DNA of 64,000 nucleotides from Pseudovirgaria hyperparasitica (lineage: Eukaryota). The position numbers were made by a program, and so were the translations under genes. The stretch lies in assembly GCA_010093815.1 (NCBI GenBank), contig ML996573.1; one strand, written 5' to 3'. Position 1 is the stretch's first letter. Each line of letters begins with the position of its first letter. Below, piece after piece: positions 61,353-64,000 of the stretch. The notes beneath the pieces were generated by a model. That model searched no databases and was not told the origin of the DNA. It saw only the letters and a program-made list of their open reading frames with translations.

Positions 61353-62254
61353 CTACTTCGCCTCAGTCGCGGCATGCGAAGCTTCAATCTTCTTAACATC
61401 CACACCTCTTTCCACTGGGATAACGGTAGCATTAAACGCTGCCATCGTAAGACCAAAGCGTCCAAGGATCCGAGGCTCCCAGTTATCCGGGAAGCGCTCT
61501 TCGGTGAGCATTGGCGTCAGGTCATTTACGCGACCGCCGAAGATCGTGAGCATCGTGGAAGAGCTAGATATATCGAGTCAATTGGATTGTACTCAACCAC
61601 GATGTGAACTTACTTGGAACTACCAAACATATTGTGGAAGAAGCTCTCTGTGTAAGCTGGGTTTGACTTCCTGGCCGCATATCTCCTCTTCGACAGTGCA
61701 AGCGAAAGATCCCTCTTAGTGAGTAGCGGCGATCCATCTGGCATAGTACCAGTAGCCTCCTTCAAGAGTTGATCAACAAGCTCGAGATCTGGCTTCGCCT
61801 GGTCTGGGACAATCGCCACATCTTGTCGCGTGAGACTACCGTCATGCTCTATGGCGTTATGCTTGCTCAGCTCTGCGAGATCGAATCGTCCACCCCAGTA
61901 TGAGCGGTCCAGGAAGTCAGCGCTGAATTTCGGGACAAAGAAGCAGAACGAGGGCGCGAAATTGAAGGTTTGTCGAAGCTTGGTGTTGAGCTCTTTGAAC
62001 GAGATGTTCTTGCCGTCATGAGGTAAGATGCCGTGGTTGGCCATGGCGTTTATCATTGGACAGGCAGATCGAGAATCGCCTTCCTTTGGAGGAATGTACT
62101 CGGGCCATTTACCGCCGTGCCCGGCCTGTCCTTCCGGTACAAGATGACCAGGCTTGTATGAAGGAAGTACGAAATTGAGCAATAAAAGGTTGAAATCCCA
62201 AACAAGAACGAATATATCGATGAAAGGTTTAGTGAGCTTTTGGAGCAGGCCCAT
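61353..62254 (-). CDS. Heme-thiolate peroxidase (chloroperoxidase/short UPO family), 2 exons
   Basis: DSRSACPMINAMANHGILP proximal Cys motif and IEHDGSLTR. Intron 61613-61564. Confidence 0.9.
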
Positions 62255-63084
62255 GATGGCGGACTTGTATGGCAGAACAAAATGTTAAATTTCAAGTTTG
62301 AGGACTGCGATAGACTTCGTGAGATTGGAGACAGATGGGAATCCTCGAGACCATAGATCCGGGGAGCTTTCTGATTTTCAGAGCTGCATCTGTTGGGCGC
62401 GTGTATGTGAGGGGGAGGGTTTATCAGCCAGCCACTTCCAATGAATCGACTCCGATAGGTTGTGGTGTGAGCTCATGCTGCATTGCCCTAGTCGGAAAGC
62501 ATCTGATGATCTGATCTTGCATATTTTCAGCTATTACAACAAGCCCTCATAGGCCAACCGAGCGCCAATGCAGAAACATGCCCCACTTCTTGTACGATCT
62601 CAAAGATTACACATGCGGCTAGCCAGGCGCAAGAAAAGCTAGAGATGTGTTGAACGTTGAATGAGGGGGTGCATTCTGTAGCGGACGTTTTGAGTCGAAT
62701 GATGAAGAATCGCGGCAAAGATATAAACTTTTCCCAATATCGGGCCATGTCAGCAGTCCTCTAGAGGACGGGAGTGGATGGATTGGCGCTAGGAACAGGG
62801 GCTTTACCCGTCCGGTCCCCTCCCATAGCAATTCATGAATGGTCCGTGCTTTGATCCAAATTCTTTAGTGTACATACACCTCATCTCAATCTTCTTTCAT
62901 ATGTCATAGCGTTCGCTTTCACTTTACCAGGCGTGTCCCCAGTGCTCAAGTCCTCAGTGTTGACCAATTCATTGGTTCTGCATCAGCGTTTTCTGAAGAT
63001 GAAAAGAGCTGAAGCGAAGAAACGATCGTCCATAACACGGTTCAATGGGCATCAAATCCTCGAAGGACACCTCACCTCATCTTA

Positions 63085-63811
63085 TCAGCGGCGTGGAAGG
63101 TACCACCGGTCGTCTGGACCGTAGAGCTCTTCTCTCGCTTCGAGCGCAGTGACATGGTGATTCTGTCTGCTTCTACGTAGATACACAGTCTTTGTCTCCT
63201 CCGCTTCGTCCTCCGTTGTATCATCCTCTTCAACCGGAGAACCTGCGCGGGGGATGATTGCGGGCCGAGGCGCTGGTATGAAGCGAATAGTACCTGTTGG
63301 ACGCGAGTCTGATATACGGGCATGTGAAGGATCCGCGGACGGGGCCTTCTCGATAGAGGCTTGAGGTTCACGCCCCTTCCAAGATGTGAAGCTCATTGTA
63401 CGCTCACGACGCTTTGAGGCCGAGCTAGGTTGTGGTTTACCGACAGCTGGTACATGAGACGATCGTTGCGAATTCGATCTTGCTGAGGATATAGAATCCA
63501 GCGGCAGTCCTACAGACCCGTCTCTACCGAACTTGGCTGGGAGAGGTCAGTGGTGAGTAAACGTTCTAACAAGTGTTCCGCCTTACAGTTTGGGGGCCCA
63601 CTCTTTACAGATTCGTGTGAACTCTGTAGGTCCACTGAGAGCATGTAATCTGTGATAAGTAAGTGACTGTCACTGGAATCGACTTCGTTCGATTGTAGGG
63701 TCACACACTGGCAAGTTGCTCCATTTCTCGCTGATTCGCTTGCAGCTTCTCAAGAAGCTCTCGATTTTCTGCTATGATTCGCTGGAATGTCTGCGCTGCT
63801 TGTTCCGTCAT
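63085..63811 (-). CDS. Hypothetical 205-aa protein with an N-terminal coiled coil, 3 exons
   Basis: Exons 63811-63709, 63649-63587 and 63536-63085 (618 nt) are joined in frame by GT-AG introns, the second being GTAAGG...ACTGAC...CCAG. Reads MTEQAAQTFQRIIAENRELLEKLQANQREMEQLA... Confidence 0.65.
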
Positions 63812-64000
63812 GGTCACGAAATTGAGCCTATTGCTTGGTGATGTTCAACTTTAGTTGGCGCGATGTTTGGAAAGCTGTTTTAGTGTTACACATTATCCGA
63901 GAAGAAGCTGTGACTGTGAAGCTAGGCAGGTGAGACTGAGAAAAGCTACGAGAATTAGGTCATGGTGAGAGGTACAATTGTTCGTATGCATCTGTGTAAC

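Overview
Eukaryotic DNA from a filamentous ascomycete (Pezizomycotina, inferred from short GT-AG introns with CTRAC branch sites, an AA11 LPMO, an AspE-type septin and a solitary 5S rRNA gene). The window holds about 28 mostly intron-containing protein genes. These include an M43 metalloprotease, a MYND protein, a mitochondrial carrier-like protein, three DHA1/HOL1-type MFS transporters, an STL1-like sugar porter, a secreted alpha/beta hydrolase, an SDR, a GH47 mannosidase, an AA11 LPMO, a non-RD kinase, Nop6-like, septin, RING/IBR-like and bZIP genes, a disrupted DUF6604 gene, a Tsa1-type peroxiredoxin and a heme-thiolate peroxidase. Non-coding features are a dispersed 5S rRNA gene with an adjacent pogo/Tigger-like MITE, a 17-bp higher-order minisatellite, a 114-bp tandem duplication whose differences preserve a hairpin, and a RIP-like relic. 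I see no CRISPR array, tRNA or biosynthetic core gene, and I cannot support a clearly new multi-gene system. The best leads are the possibly structured 114-bp repeat pair, a hidden minus-strand gene split by one in-frame TGA, and a DUF6604 gene whose start was rewired by a 40-bp duplication. Family names come from motif recognition only; no database searches were run.
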